A DNA stretch of 64,000 nt, taken from positions 73,038,001 to 73,102,000 of the forward strand of contig NC_086108.1 in assembly GCF_963921235.1 (NCBI RefSeq). The letters run 5' to 3'. This document shows, one piece after another, positions 1-11,276 of the stretch (position 1 is its first letter; each line of letters begins with the position of its first letter). The translations under genes and the position numbers were made by a program. A model generated the notes under the pieces. The model did no database searches. It saw nothing but the letters and a program-made list of their open reading frames with translations, and was not told where the DNA came from. The DNA comes from Mobula hypostoma. Its lineage: Eukaryota.

Positions 1-188
1 TCCCCCTTGAACTTCCTGACCCCTACCTTAAAGCCATGTCCTCTTGTATTGAGCAGTGGTGCCCTGGGGAAGAGGTGCTGGCTATCCACTCTATTCCTCT
101 TATTATCTTGTACACCTCTATCATGTCTCCTCTCATCCTCCTTCTCTCCAAAGAGTAAAGCCCTAGCTCCCTTAATCTCTGATCATAA
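1..188 (-). mobile_element. CR1-type LINE fragment (ORF2 C-terminal region), cut by the window edge and by the Rex1 insertion
   Basis: Minus strand reads like the CR1 'R.RGD.IEVYKI.R...D' region also seen in the copies at 26.7 kb and 44.4 kb. Confidence 0.7.
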
Positions 189-1812
189 TAGTAATAGTCA
201 TACTTTATTAATCCCAGGGGAAATTGGTTTTCGTTATAGTTGCTCCATAAGTAATAATTAGTAATAGAACCATAAATAGTTAAATAGTAATATGTAAATT
301 ACGCCAGTAAATTATGAAATAAGTCCAGGACCAGCCTATTGGCTCAGGAAGTCTGACCCTCCAAGGGAGGAGTTGTAAAGTTTGATGGCCACAGGCAGGA
401 ATGACTTCCTATGACGCTCTGTGCTGCATCTCGGTGGAATGAGTCTCTGGCTGAATGTACTCCTGTGCCCACCCAGTACATTATGTAGTGGATGGGAGGC
501 ATTGACCAAGATGGCATGCAACTTAGACAGCATCCTCTTTTCAGACACCACCGTGAGAGAGTCCAGTTCCATCCCCACAACATCACTGGCCTTACGAATA
601 AGTTTGTTGATTCTGTTGGTGTCTGCCATCCTCAGCCTGCTGCCCCAACACACAACAGCAAACATGATAGCACTGGCCACCACAGACTCATAGAACATCC
701 TCAGCATCTTCTGGCAGATGTTAAAGGACCTCAGTCTCCTCAGGAAATACAGACAGGTCTGGCCCTTCTTGTAGACAGCCTCAGTGTTCTTTGACCAGTC
801 CAGTCTATTGTCAATTCGTATCCCCAGGTATTTGTAATCCTCCACCATGCCCACACTGACCCCCTGGATGGAAACAGGGGTCATCGGTACCTTAGCTCTC
901 CTCAGGTTTACCACCAGCTCCTTAGTCTTTTTCACATTAAGCTGCAGATAATTCTGCTCACACCATGTGACAAAGTTTCCTACCGTAGCCCTGTACTCAG
1001 CCTCATCTCCCTTGCTGATGCATCCAACTATGGCAGAGTCATCCGAAAACTTCTGAAGATGACAAGACTCTGTGCAGTAGTTGAAGTCCGAGGTGTAAAT
1101 GGTGAAGAGAAAGGGAGACAAGACAGTCCCCTGTGGAGCCCCAGTGCTGCTGATCACTCTGTCGAACACACAGTGTTGCAAGCACACGTACTGTGGTCTG
1201 CCAGTCAGGTAATCAAGAATCCATGATATCAGGGAAGCATCCAACTGCATCGCTGTCAGCTTCTCCCCCAGCAGAGCAGGGCGGATCGTGTTGAATGCAC
1301 TGGAGAAGTCAAAAAACATGACCCTCTCCGTGCTCGCCGGCTTGTCCAGGTGGGCGTAGATACGGTTCAGCAGGAAGACGATGGCATCCTCAACTCCTAG
1401 TCGGGGCTGGTAGGTGAACTGGAGGGGATCTAAGTGTGGCCTGACCATAGGCTGGAGCAGCTCCAGAACATGTCTGTCCAGGGTCTTCATGATGTGGGAG
1501 GTCAATGCCACCGGTCTGTAGTCATTGAGGCCGCTGGGGCGCGGCGTCTTCGGCACAGGGACGAGGTAGGACATCTTCCACAATACAGGAACCTCAGGCT
1601 CAGGTTGAATACATGGCGAAGTGCTCCACATAGCTGAGGGGCACAGGCTTTGTGCACCCTGGACTGACACCATCCGGTCCTGCAGCCTTGCTTGAGTTGA
1701 GACGTTTCAGCTGTCTTCTCACCTGTAGAGCTGTGAAGCCCACCGTGGTGGTTTCATGTGGGGAAGTGGTATAGTCATGAGAGCAGAGTGGGGGACTGTG
1801 AGGAGGGGTAGG
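189..1812 (-). mobile_element. Rex1/Babar-clade LINE, 5'-truncated, relatively young
   Basis: Long RT frame plus 3' UTR with AATAAA and a short tandem tail near 189-215. Confidence 0.9.
336..1673 (-). CDS. Rex1/Babar reverse transcriptase (uninterrupted 445-aa partial ORF; true start lost or frameshifted)
   Basis: Motifs NDYRPVALTS, LDPLQF, FFDFSSAFNTI, TGAPQGTVLSPFLF, KFSDDS, YKYLG, LYFLRRLRSF and C-terminal HPLH..R..SF.P.AI. Confidence 0.88.
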   Translation of the reverse strand: MVSVQGAQSLCPSAMWSTSPCIQPEPEVPVLWKMSYLVPVPKTPRPSGLNDYRPVALTSHIMKTLDRHVLELLQPMVRPHLDPLQFTYQPRLGVEDAIVFLLNRIYAHLDKPASTERVMFFDFSSAFNTIRPALLGEKLTAMQLDASLISWILDYLTGRPQYVCLQHCVFDRVISSTGAPQGTVLSPFLFTIYTSDFNYCTESCHLQKFSDDSAIVGCISKGDEAEYRATVGNFVTWCEQNYLQLNVKKTKELVVNLRRAKVPMTPVSIQGVSVGMVEDYKYLGIRIDNRLDWSKNTEAVYKKGQTCLYFLRRLRSFNICQKMLRMFYESVVASAIMFAVVCWGSRLRMADTNRINKLIRKASDVVGMELDSLTVVSEKRMLSKLHAILVNASHPLHNVLGGHRSTFSQRLIPPRCSTERHRKSFLPVAIKLYNSSLGGSDFLSQ

Positions 1813-2399
1813 AAAGCTAACACCCCATAAACTTTCTTAACTACCTGTGAGGCAACTTTCAGGGATCTGTGGACATGAAGATACTTATCAACTAAATATC
1901 CACAGTCATTTTGGGGAGAATTTCAAAGATTCACAAGCTTGTTATTTCTTACCTCAGCTCCTAAGTATAAAGTCTCCTGTCCTCTAGTTCTTGTCTTTTC
2001 ATTAAGAGGGAATTGGCTCTGTGCATTATCCATTCAGGCCTTGTATTTCAATGACATCACTTCTCACTGAAATGAAAATAGCCTAAAATTCACAATCTCT
2101 TGTTGCAGGACAATCCCCTTTGTTGCTCCAACAATGAGTCGACTGAATCTACATTGTTAATCCTTCCCTGGGTGTAGAGAGCAAAGCTACAGTCTGTACT
2201 CTGGATATGATCTCAACTCCTGCTAGTTCCTTACTCTTGTACTCCAATACTCCTCAAACGAAGGCCAACATGTTAATTGCCTCCTCAGTGATTGCTATTA
2301 CCTGTATATTTACCTGAATGGTCATGAGAAAAGCTACCATTTACCTCCATAGCTTCAGTAAGTTCAGAGCATGTGGACACTCAGCCTATACTAATCTCA

Positions 2400-2590
2400 T
2401 TTTAATCTTCCCACGTTCCCAGCAATTTTATTAGGTTTTACCACTCACTAGGGACAATTTGCAGTGGCAAATTAACCTACTAATCCACATGTCTTTGAGA
2501 TGTGAAGGGAGGTCAGAGTACTCCAAAGAAACCCACACAGTGAACATGCACAGCTGTGATGCTGCAGATTTCCCAGCTGCACCGCTCAAA
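2400..2590 (-). mobile_element. Degenerate V-SINE remnant
   Basis: Minus strand 'tgtgtgggtttctttggagtactctgacctcccttcacatctcaaagacatgtgg' resembles the V-domain of the copy at 52.4-52.7 kb. Confidence 0.55.
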
Positions 2591-2866
2591 CTTCAGTGGC
2601 TGAGGGAAAGAGGCAAGTACCAAGTAAAAATTTCCTAATTATTTGTTTAATGGGTTTTCTATTATTTGTGTTTTAATTCTTTTTTAAGTCATTTCCTTAT
2701 TCTTGAGATTACTTTTTAATAGTTTTTTATTTATACAATGCCTGAAACATTTGAATTGCCAGTTTAACATCTTTAACTCTTGGTTAAGAATGCAGGAATT
2801 GCTTCGCTTGCTGTCAAAACTCTTCTGCAACCAGGCGTCTTCAGACCCCACCACACACAAAGCCAT

Positions 2867-2930
2867 CTACAGCCGGAATTGCAGGGTCCCGACAACGAGG
2901 TTTGAGACCAATCTATAGACATAGTTGCTA
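2867..2930 (-). CDS. Candidate terminal coding exon of an unidentified host gene (…SNYVYRLVSNLVVGTLQFRL*)
   Basis: Acceptor-like tttgtgcatattttccAG (AG at 2932-2931), 1 nt plus 20 codons to TAG, CpG-retaining non-repeat sequence, AATAAA at 2731-2726. Confidence 0.4.
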
Positions 2931-2984
2931 CTGGAAAATATGCACAAAGTACAGAGTTGGTGAAGGCATATGACCTGCCACCCT

Positions 2985-3250
2985 AAGGAAATTTACAATG
3001 AGGGAGGAAAAATTTAATAGGAGCCTGCGAGCTAACTTTTTTTCACCCAGTGTCAGTGGCCAGTAGGTAGAATGATCTACCAGAGGACGTGAGTGAGGCA
3101 GGTACATTAGCAACAATTAAAAGGCTATTTGACTGTTACATGGATAGGAAAGGCTATTGGCAAATATGACTTGCTAAGATGTGCATCTTAGTCAGCATTA
3201 CCAGTTGGGCTGAAGGGCCTGTTTCCCTAGTGTATATCTCTATGACTAAA
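2985..3250 (+). mobile_element. Old CR1 3' end
   Basis: 'ttttttcacccag' ORF2 end and 3' UTR 'gggctgaagggcctgttt…ctctatgact'. Confidence 0.65.
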
Positions 3251-3696
3251 TTCAGCTTCACTAACTATATACATTTCATGTAACAGCTCAGCCAGATCAG
3301 GTTCCCTTCTGTGCCAACATTTACTAAATTCCTACCATTTAAAATATTCCATTTTTCATTCTTCTTCCCAAAATGAGGTACAAGGCAACCTGAAGTGTCC
3401 ACATTACACTTCAACTGCACTTGGTTTTAGCCTCCTTGCTGACTATGCATCATTCTTTCAGTTCACCTTTCTAGCCAGGTTTCTGTCAGCAGAATATTTG
3501 GATGCAGTGCAGCTTTAAATTTCATCTGACTTATAAACATAGATTGTAGGTAGCTGAGGCCAACAGTGACACGCTGAACAATGGGTTGCCAACCCGAATA
3601 TGACTCTTCTTCTCATCCTACATTCTTTTAACTGATCATCTGCCCAATCATGCAATCGTGAATGTAATGGTCTTTCATTAGATTAGATTAGATTAG

Positions 3697-3868
3697 ATTA
3701 GATTATGCATTAAGAAATGATACAATATTCCTCCGGTGTGATATCACAGAAACACAGGACAGACCAAGACTGAAAAACTAACAGAAACCACATAATTATA
3801 ACATATAGTTACAACAGTGCAACAATACCATAACTTGATGAAGAACAAGGCCATGGCACAGTAAAAAA
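3697..3868 (-). mobile_element. Short retroelement 3' end with (TCTAA)n tail
   Basis: (ATTAG)n run at about 3697-3724 followed by about 150 bp nearly identical to 36480-36650. Confidence 0.7.
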
Positions 3869-4019
3869 TTATGCATCACAACTGGATTTTCAAAACCTTC
3901 CTTTGGTTAAACTAGCTCCTCCTTATCTGCCTTGTCAGTTACACTTTCAAGATAGTCTATTAAATTTATTAAGCGTTAAACATGCTGACCCTGTCTTGAA
4001 AAACAATCCTCAAAAAGTC

Positions 4020-4330
4020 TAAGTGATGCCTCAGAGGAGGTATGCATCATTAAGAACCCCTATCACATGTCCTCTTCTTATTACTACCATCAGTGAGGAG
4101 GTACAGCAGCCTGAAGGCACGCACTCAGTGTTTTAGCAATGGTTTCTTCCCCTCCGACATCAGGTGAGCCTCAATATTTTCTCTTTTTGAACTACATATT
4201 TAAATTAAAATTGTTATATACATTTCTTACTGTAATTTATAGTTGTTAACGTATTGCACTGTATTGCAGCCACAAAATAACAGATTTCACAGCATATGTC
4301 AGTAATGTTATACCTGATTCTGAATTTGAA
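4020..4330 (+). mobile_element. Rex1/Babar 3' end
   Basis: LPS.RRY.SLK motif remnant and tail 'cctgattctgaatttga'. Confidence 0.65.
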
Positions 4331-4847
4331 AATCTGGGAGTTTTGCAAAATGATTGAAAATGTAAGTGATGGATATAGCTAAAAACACAAGAATGAAAGC
4401 AAAAGGAATCAATGTTGCCCCCGAGCCGATACCACTCCGTGAGACTATGTCTGATCCTGTACCTTGACCACTTTCCTGCCAGATCACAATAACCCTATAA
4501 GTATTCAAAAACTAACAATCTCAGCCTTCAATATTTTCAATAAAATAAATCCAATAATTGGCGACCACCCATATAAAATAAATTTCCTCAGTCCAAGCCA
4601 GTCGAGCCCTTATTCTGTGACACAAAGCACCTTTTTCCACATTTTCTAAGAAACAGCCTCTTTCTATCCATCCTGTCATTCACTCTTAATATGGAATATC
4701 TCCTTGAGATCATTTCTCAGTCTTCTAAATTCCATTAAGCTAATGCCTACCTTTCTTAATCATTCTTTCCCTAATGTATGTGCCTTTACCAAGTAGCAGC
4801 AAGTTCCATTTGTTTTTAAAAAAAACTACCTCTAACATTTTATCTAT

Positions 4848-5067
4848 CATCATCATCAGGTGCCCTGCCCAGTTTGAGCTTTGACTGCCATGGCCCACAC
4901 ACTCCTGCTTCGGGTCAAGCCGATCAATTCATTGGTATTCATTTCCAGTTCCCTGGCTGCTGTCTCCATCATCATTTGTCTTTGTCTTCCTCTTGCTTTC
5001 TTCCCTTCAATCTTTCCCATAGTTACCGTGCATTCTAACTCCTCTTTCCTAATCACATGTCCAATCT
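4848..5067 (-). mobile_element. RTE-clade LINE 3' end with (TGA)n tail and 11-bp TSD
   Basis: GHVIRKEELE..MGKIEGKKARGRQR..W C-terminus; TSD attttatctat at 4837-4847 and 5068-5078. Confidence 0.85.
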
Positions 5068-5489
5068 ATTTTATCTATACCATCTTAAAATCATGCCCTT
5101 TTATATCTGCCATTACTTCCTTTGGAAAATGGAACTGGTTGTCCACTCTATTTATCCATCATAGTATCTTGTACACCTCTGTCCCTTATCTACCTTCACT
5201 CCAAAGAGAAAAGCCCTGGTTCACTCAAACTTTCCTCATAAGACATGCTCCCTAATCCAGCTTCTTGGACCTTTGGGATCTCTTCTACACTAGAGACAAC
5301 CTGTACCTGTAGTGGGACGGGTTGCACTGGAACCAGAGAGGGATTAATCCTTGCAGGAAATTTGATGATGATAAACAGAAGAATTTAAACTATATTTTAA
5401 ATGGGGTGGTACTCTGAGGAGGAGCAGGTTACGTGATAAAGCAGTAACCAGCAAAAGCAAGTTTAGTAATCAGCAGCCAAGATCATAGT

Positions 5490-5795
5490 AATAGTTGGTT
5501 GAGTTGTTCTCCAATCTTGGCAGTTTACTGGCAAACATTTCGTCACCACACATGGAGACATTGTCAGTGCGCTGTTGATTGTGAAGTTTCCTCCAAATGC
5601 TTGGCCTTTATATAGCTTTTAATCAGCTGATTGGATGTTATTTCGGAAACTCAGTTGTGATGTGGGAAGGAAATCTCATAGCTGATTGGCTGTATAATAA
5701 ACTTCTTGTGTTGTGGTCTGGAATTTTTTCCGCATTAGCTCACAAAATACGATCCAGGTCTACATATTTGTTTACAGAAAACCACGCCTCTACGA
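5490..5795 (-). mobile_element. Penelope-like element 3' end/pseudo-LTR (second family, Penelope/Poseidon-like)
   Basis: ORF-end remnant VEAWFSVNKYVDLDRIL, then two CCAAT boxes, TATATAAA and a hammerhead motif. Confidence 0.6.
5531..5570 (-). ncRNA. Minimal type-I hammerhead ribozyme motif (decayed), second family
   Basis: GCA-CUGACAA-U-GUCUCC-AUGUGU-GGUGAC-GAAA-UG-UU-UGC; stems I and II pair; G8 and the stem-III CpG are mutated. Confidence 0.6.
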
Positions 5796-5799
5796 GCAA

Positions 5800-7140
5800 G
5801 GTAAAGGCAGGGCAAGTAACTGAAGTGGAATTCAGGGAACACTGGCCAGCAGTGAAGAGGTTACTGGAGAGAATTTTGAGGGGCAGAATATGCCAGCATT
5901 TGGATAGAATAGAGCAGTCATCGTGGCTTTGTGCATGGGAAATCATGCTTCACTAACCTTGATTATTTGAAGGTGTAACCAAAAGCTTAGAGTTGTGGGT
6001 GCCGTCTACTTGGACTTTAGTAAGGCCTTCAACCAGGTCATGGTAGTCTGGGTCTGAAGGCTCTCCACGGAAGCCAAGTGGATTCAAAATTGGCTCAGAA
6101 GTTGGAATCGGAAGCTGGGACTGAAGATTGTTTCTCAAATTGAGGCCAATGACTAATTGTGCGCTGCTGGGATGAGTGTTGGAACTTTTATTATATGCTA
6201 TTTATATAAATGATTTGGATGCAAATGCATTAAGATTGATCAGTAAGTTCGCAGAAGACACAATATTAGGAGGCGTTGTTGATAGTGAAAGTTATTATAG
6301 TTTACAGGAAGATTAAGATCCTGTTGGGAAGTGGGCCATGGAATGGCAAATGGATTTTAATTTTAGAGTTCCAAGAATTGCGTTTACACTCAAATAGTCT
6401 TGTGTGTTTGTGTGATACAAATAGAATTCCCCTAGGTGGTAGTCACACAAAAACACAAGAAACTTGGTAAAGCAGTAGACCACCCAGGTCGATCTACCAC
6501 TTGACTCTAACTCCTTCGATGTATGTAAAATGATGCATTTTGGAAAGTCAAACCAGTGTAGGACTTAACTATGAATTCTAGGGCACTAGAGAGTGTATTG
6601 GAACAGAAGGACTCGAGAGTACGTGCCCAGTTCACTATAAGCAATCTCACATGTAGACAGAGTGGTGAAGAAGGCATTTAACACACTTGCTTTAATCAGT
6701 CAGGGCATTGAGTATTACTTATAAAACACTGATGAGGCCACACTTGGGGTACTATGTACAGTTTTGGTCATCTATTAGAGGAAAGATGTGGTTAAACTGG
6801 AAAGAGTGCAGGATCAATTTACAAGGATGTTGCTGGGATGAGAAGCCCTGAGTCAGAGGGAGAGGTGGGCCAAACTAGGTCTTCACTTCTTGGAATGATG
6901 GAGACTGAGGAGTGACCTTATTGAAATGCTTAAAATTATGGGAGGCAGAGGTAAGATGGATAGTAGCAGTCTTTTCCCCAGCACAGGGGAGTCCAGAACT
7001 TGGAAGCAGAGATTTAGAAGGGACCTTCAGGGCGACTTTTTCAAAAGTAACCTGGTGAGTATATGGAACAAGCTGCCAGAGAAAGTGGCTGTGGCATGTA
7101 TAATAGTACCATTAATGAAGCTTCTAAGATTGGTACGTGG
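5800..7140 (+). mobile_element. Degenerate CR1 LINE (RT to 3' region)
   Basis: Remnants of YLDFSKAF, KFA.DT, MHFGKSN, RPHL.Y.VQFW, WNKLPE with many stops and frameshifts. Confidence 0.8.
6363..6510. mobile_element. Putative small MITE-like insertion inside CR1
   Basis: Ends ttagagt/actctaa are inverted; internal 18-bp inverted repeat 6398-6415/6443-6460; it interrupts collinear CR1 sequence. Confidence 0.45.
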
Positions 7141-7717
7141 AAGGACACAAAAAAAATGGTTAAAGGAATAAACAACCCCAGGCTGATCTGCACTTTTACC
7201 TCAATTCCTCCACTGTGGCTGATCCCAAAAACTCTTAATCCTAGCTTGCTATCTTCCAGAGACAGAGTTCCAGGGATCCCAATTTCTATGTACTTGGGTT
7301 TTCAATGACCACCTCCCTAAACTGAGCATGTCCCATCACTTGAGATTCCCCACTAGTTAAAACATCCTGTTATGCCCCCTTAAAATCGTATGTTTCAATA
7401 AGATCACTCTCATTCTTCTAAACACCAAAGAAGATAGTCCTAATTTGCTTAGCCTATTGATAGCACAATCCTTTCATCCCAAGAATTAGCTCAGTGAATC
7501 TCTTTTGGACTATCTCCAATCCTACTATATCCTTAATCTAGTGGCTTTGTAATAAAGACTGATGTGCCATTTGCCTTCTTAACTACTTATTGTCTCTAGC
7601 TTACACTTCCATGTGCAGTAAAATGTTGAGACAGATATATTTATTAGTGGCACTGTATTGGAAATATGCCATACAGAAATGGTGGCACGTAGACTATAAA
7701 AAGCAGAGTCTGAGTCA

Positions 7718-8845
7718 AAGTTTGCAGATGATGTGAAGATAGGCAAAAGGAACAATAGAGCGGACTATTATCTAAATGGGGAGAAGGTTTAAATACTAGA
7801 GGTGCAGAAGGACTTGGGAGTCCTCATGCAAGATTCCCTGAAGGTTAATTTTTAGGTTGAGCCTGTGGTAAAGAAGGCAAATGAAATGTTGGCATTTATT
7901 TCAAGGGGAATAAAATATAAAAGCTCTAGGAGATCATGCTGAGGCTTCATAAGACACTAGTCAAGCTGCATGTGGGGTATTGTCAACAGTTTTGGGCCCC
8001 TTATCTCAGAAAGGATGTGCTGTCATTGGAGAGAGTCCAGAGGAGGTTCAGCAGGATTATTGCAGGAATGAAGGGGAACATATGAGGAACATTTGGCAGT
8101 TTTGGGCCTGTACTCACTGGAATTTAGAAGAATGCGTGGAGATCTCATTGAAACCTATTGAATGGGGCTGGCTGGTGGTGCAATGACATTAGTGCTGGAC
8201 CCCGGAATGGAGGTTCCCGGGTTCGAATCCAGTTGGGGCTGCTCCTGAGTACACTTTCCATCCGTGCCGGGTTGAGTGTCGAGATCGCAACTTGACCTCG
8301 TAAAATAAAAGGGAAAAATACTGCGAAAGTGTCTGTATGAGGAGTGGCTCACCACGCAGTCTCTCTCTCGCTCCGCGCCTTGTAAAGGCTTGAAAAAGAC
8401 ATCATCACACATATGCACGGACGCATGTACATGCACAGACATATATGCACGCACATGCACAGGCGCACACGCATGCCAAACAAAAAATCTACTGACTGAT
8501 GAAAGGATTAAATAAGGTGGACGTGGAGAGGATCTTTCCTTTGGTGGGGGTATCCAGAACTAAAGGGCACAGCTTCAAAATCGAGAGGTGACCTTTTAGA
8601 ACAGAGGTAAGGAGGAAGTTTTTAGCCAGGGAGTAGTGAATCTGTCATGGACTAAATATACTCAAGTCCGTGGGTACTTAAGGCAGAAGTTGACAGTTTC
8701 CTGAATGGCCAGGGCATCAAAGCATATGACAAGAAGGCAGGTGTTTGGGGTTGGGTGGGATCCAGGATCAGCCATGATGGAATGGTGGAGCAGACACAAT
8801 GGGCTGAATGGCCTAATTCTGCTCATATGTCTCATAGTCTCATAC
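7718..8845 (+). mobile_element. CR1 LINE 3' part (interrupted by a SINE)
   Basis: KFADD, YCQQFWAPYLRKDVLSLERVQRRF remnants; 3' UTR stem-loop 'gggctgaatggcctaattctgctc'. Confidence 0.85.
8165..8484 (+). mobile_element. tRNA-derived SINE with Pol III A/B boxes
   Basis: A-box-like TGGTGCAATGA, B box GGTTCGAATCC, (CA/CG)-rich 3' part, A-rich end; degenerate TSD aaacctattgaatg (8151-8164) / aaatctactgactg (8485-8498). Confidence 0.8.
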
Positions 8846-9234
8846 CTTCTGAATGGATGCACGGTGAGAACCATGGAATTTTCATCACTGTTCTGCAAAG
8901 GAACCATGATAAATAAGTTGTTAGCATTTTGCTTGCTTCCATATTTATTGAAATATTGAGATGCTCACCTGATAAGCCTGGTGTTCTCTCAATTATAGAG
9001 ACAAAATGTAGAATAAGTACCGCAATCTAGAATATATCCTTCAACAGCAGTTTAAAAGCTATGTCAAATTCTCATTGAATATGAAAGTGCTAGTGGCAAA
9101 ATTCAATTCCAAACTTGCCACGACTGAGCAGAAGTTGGTCGTCTTTGCAGAGGGGTCATCTTATACTGCTTAGTGGAGTTCAATGGCCCAAAATATTTTC
9201 TGAATTTAGCATAGTAATTATGCCTAGTAAGTAC

Positions 9235-9482
9235 TTGAATTACTTTATTTCTTACGTCCTTCACATACATGAGGAGTAAAAATTTTTATTTTACATCTCT
9301 ATCTAAACGTGCAATGTGCAATCATAGTAATTTATAATAAATAGAACAGTGTAATACAGAGTACACTCAAATCTGTGTGAGTTCATCAGTCTGATGGCCT
9401 GGTGGAAGAAACTGTCCTGGAGCCTGGTGGCCCTGGCTTTTATGCTGCGGTACCACTTCCCTGATGGTAGCAGCTGGAATAC
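9235..9482 (-). mobile_element. Rex1/Babar 3' end
   Basis: FQLLPSGKWYRSIKARATRLQDSFFHQAIRLMN; same family as 50100-50462. Confidence 0.8.
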
Positions 9483-10528
9483 CTCAGAGTAGGACAGGAA
9501 ATAGTTGGAACCGAAGGTATTGGCAATTAGTTTATTACTGAAGAAGCCATGCTTGAGCAAGAAGTGGAGCTGTTTCACTGTTTCCTGTATTTTTCTGCAG
9601 GTAGTGCAGTGAAGGAGAATTGCCATGCTTGTCATGTTTAGATGACCGCTCTAATGTTTAATCCTGAAAATAAGTACAGGAACTTGTCAAGGTAAGACCA
9701 ATCATTATTATATTATATTATATTAAGTAAGTGGAGGAAGGTGTTTTGCTCCTCGTTTCCCTTCACATTTTACAACCACAATCCTGTTCCATGCCAAGTC
9801 CTTGGAAAATATTTGTTCCTAAGCTGAGCACCCTTGCCTATACTCAGCAACTCATGAAAGCAATTGTCCTCATGTGGCCTTCTGGAAGAATAAATTACAA
9901 AATCTATCTCGTATATTATAGGGCAAATAATTTATAAACTGCCCAACATAGAGATATGGTCACTTAATAGAAAATTCAACTAGCAAGTGTCCAGAAGTCT
10001 CAAATTATCTACAATTTGTAAAATTATACCCCTCATGCTTGAGAGTGCCAGTTATAGGCAATAGACCCCGACCATAAAAATGCCTGAGATTGGGAAGCAG
10101 GAGGATTATGCTGGTTCAGCAATTGTCAGCTGAACTTTTGTTTCATTTGAACTTGCACAGAAATAAAATGGAAAACCTGCCAGGTGGGCTCAACACCTAC
10201 AAAGAATGAAGGGGACTGTGCCAAAGTAAGAAAACCTGAATTATAGCTAACTGCATATGGACTCTGAAGTTATAGAGTAAATTAGCTGTTACTTAACTAC
10301 CTAAAGAAGAGAATTATGATAATTTCAGACTCTGATTGATGCCATAATTAATACTTCATTAATACTGAATTTATGGCGTGACATTTAAATACTGTGACTT
10401 TCTTCCTTAACTATATTTAAGTTGCCGTGTGACCATTACAACACTTATTTGTATGTAGAACTTGCTTGTGGATATCCAGATCATGGGTTCAAGTGTTGTG
10501 GTTGTACACTGGGCACAACCAGTGTTTA

Positions 10529-10665
10529 CTCTTGATGAGTGGTTTTGGCCCAATACGTCAACAGTTTATTCATTTCCACAGATGCTGCCTGACCTGCTGA
10601 GTTCCTTCAGCATTTTGTGTGCATTGCCTTAGATTTCCAGCATCTGCAGATTTTTTTCTTCGTGC
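10529..10665 (+). mobile_element. Solo Penelope-like 3' unit starting at a decayed hammerhead
   Basis: cttgatgagtggttttggcccaatacgtcaac followed by gatgctgcctgacctgctgagttcc…cattttgtgt…cagcatctgcaga; agtgttta repeated at 10521 and 10667. Confidence 0.75.
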
Positions 10666-10680
10666 TAGTGTTTATTTCTT

Positions 10681-11276
10681 TTTTTTTAAATCTTTTTATT
10701 AATTGTTACTGAAAATCAACAACAAAAAGAAATACATTGAAGTAATCAAGTCAGCATATCAACATGTACAATAAGAGTTAAACTATCAACCACGTTAAAC
10801 AATGTATCAATAATAATAAGAAAAAAACAAAATGTTAACGCTATTTTTTTTTGGAAAAAAGAAAGAAGGATAAAGAACCCCTACTACTAAAACAAAACAA
10901 CCCTAACAAAAAAAGCAAAAAAAAAAAATCCCATTTGGAGCACAAACCCAGAGCTATACGCCACACAAGCTTCCATAAAAGAAAGACATCAATGCACCAA
11001 CCAAATCCATTTACCCAAGAATCAGAAGGGGACCATCTTAATTAACTCAAATCAAATGATAGTAGTGGGCAAAAGAGCCCCACCTTTTCTCAAAGTCAAA
11101 TCGAGGATCAAAAGTTCGACTTCTGATTTTCTCCAAACTAAGACACAACATCACCTGGGAAAACCATTGTATCAAAGTGGGGGCAGAAGCATCTTTCCAT
11201 TTTAATAAAATAGCCCTTCTGGCCAATAGTGTGACAAATGCAATTACATATTGGTCTGATATAGAAACACCGTGAA
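10681..11276 (-). mobile_element. L1-clade LINE 3' end with poly(A) and perfect 15-bp TSD
   Basis: ORF2 end LLARRAILLKWKDASAPTLIQW..LEKI..FEKRW; AATAAA plus A tail; TSD tagtgtttatttctt at 10666-10680 and 11277-11291. Confidence 0.85.

Noticed and set aside
3697..3724. (ATTAG)n as an interstitial telomere-like repeat
   Set aside because: It is the tandem tail of a short retroelement also present at 36.4 kb, and it is not TTAGGG.
8165..8240. tRNA gene
   Set aside because: A/B boxes are present but there is no convincing cloverleaf or terminator; it continues into a SINE body with TSD.
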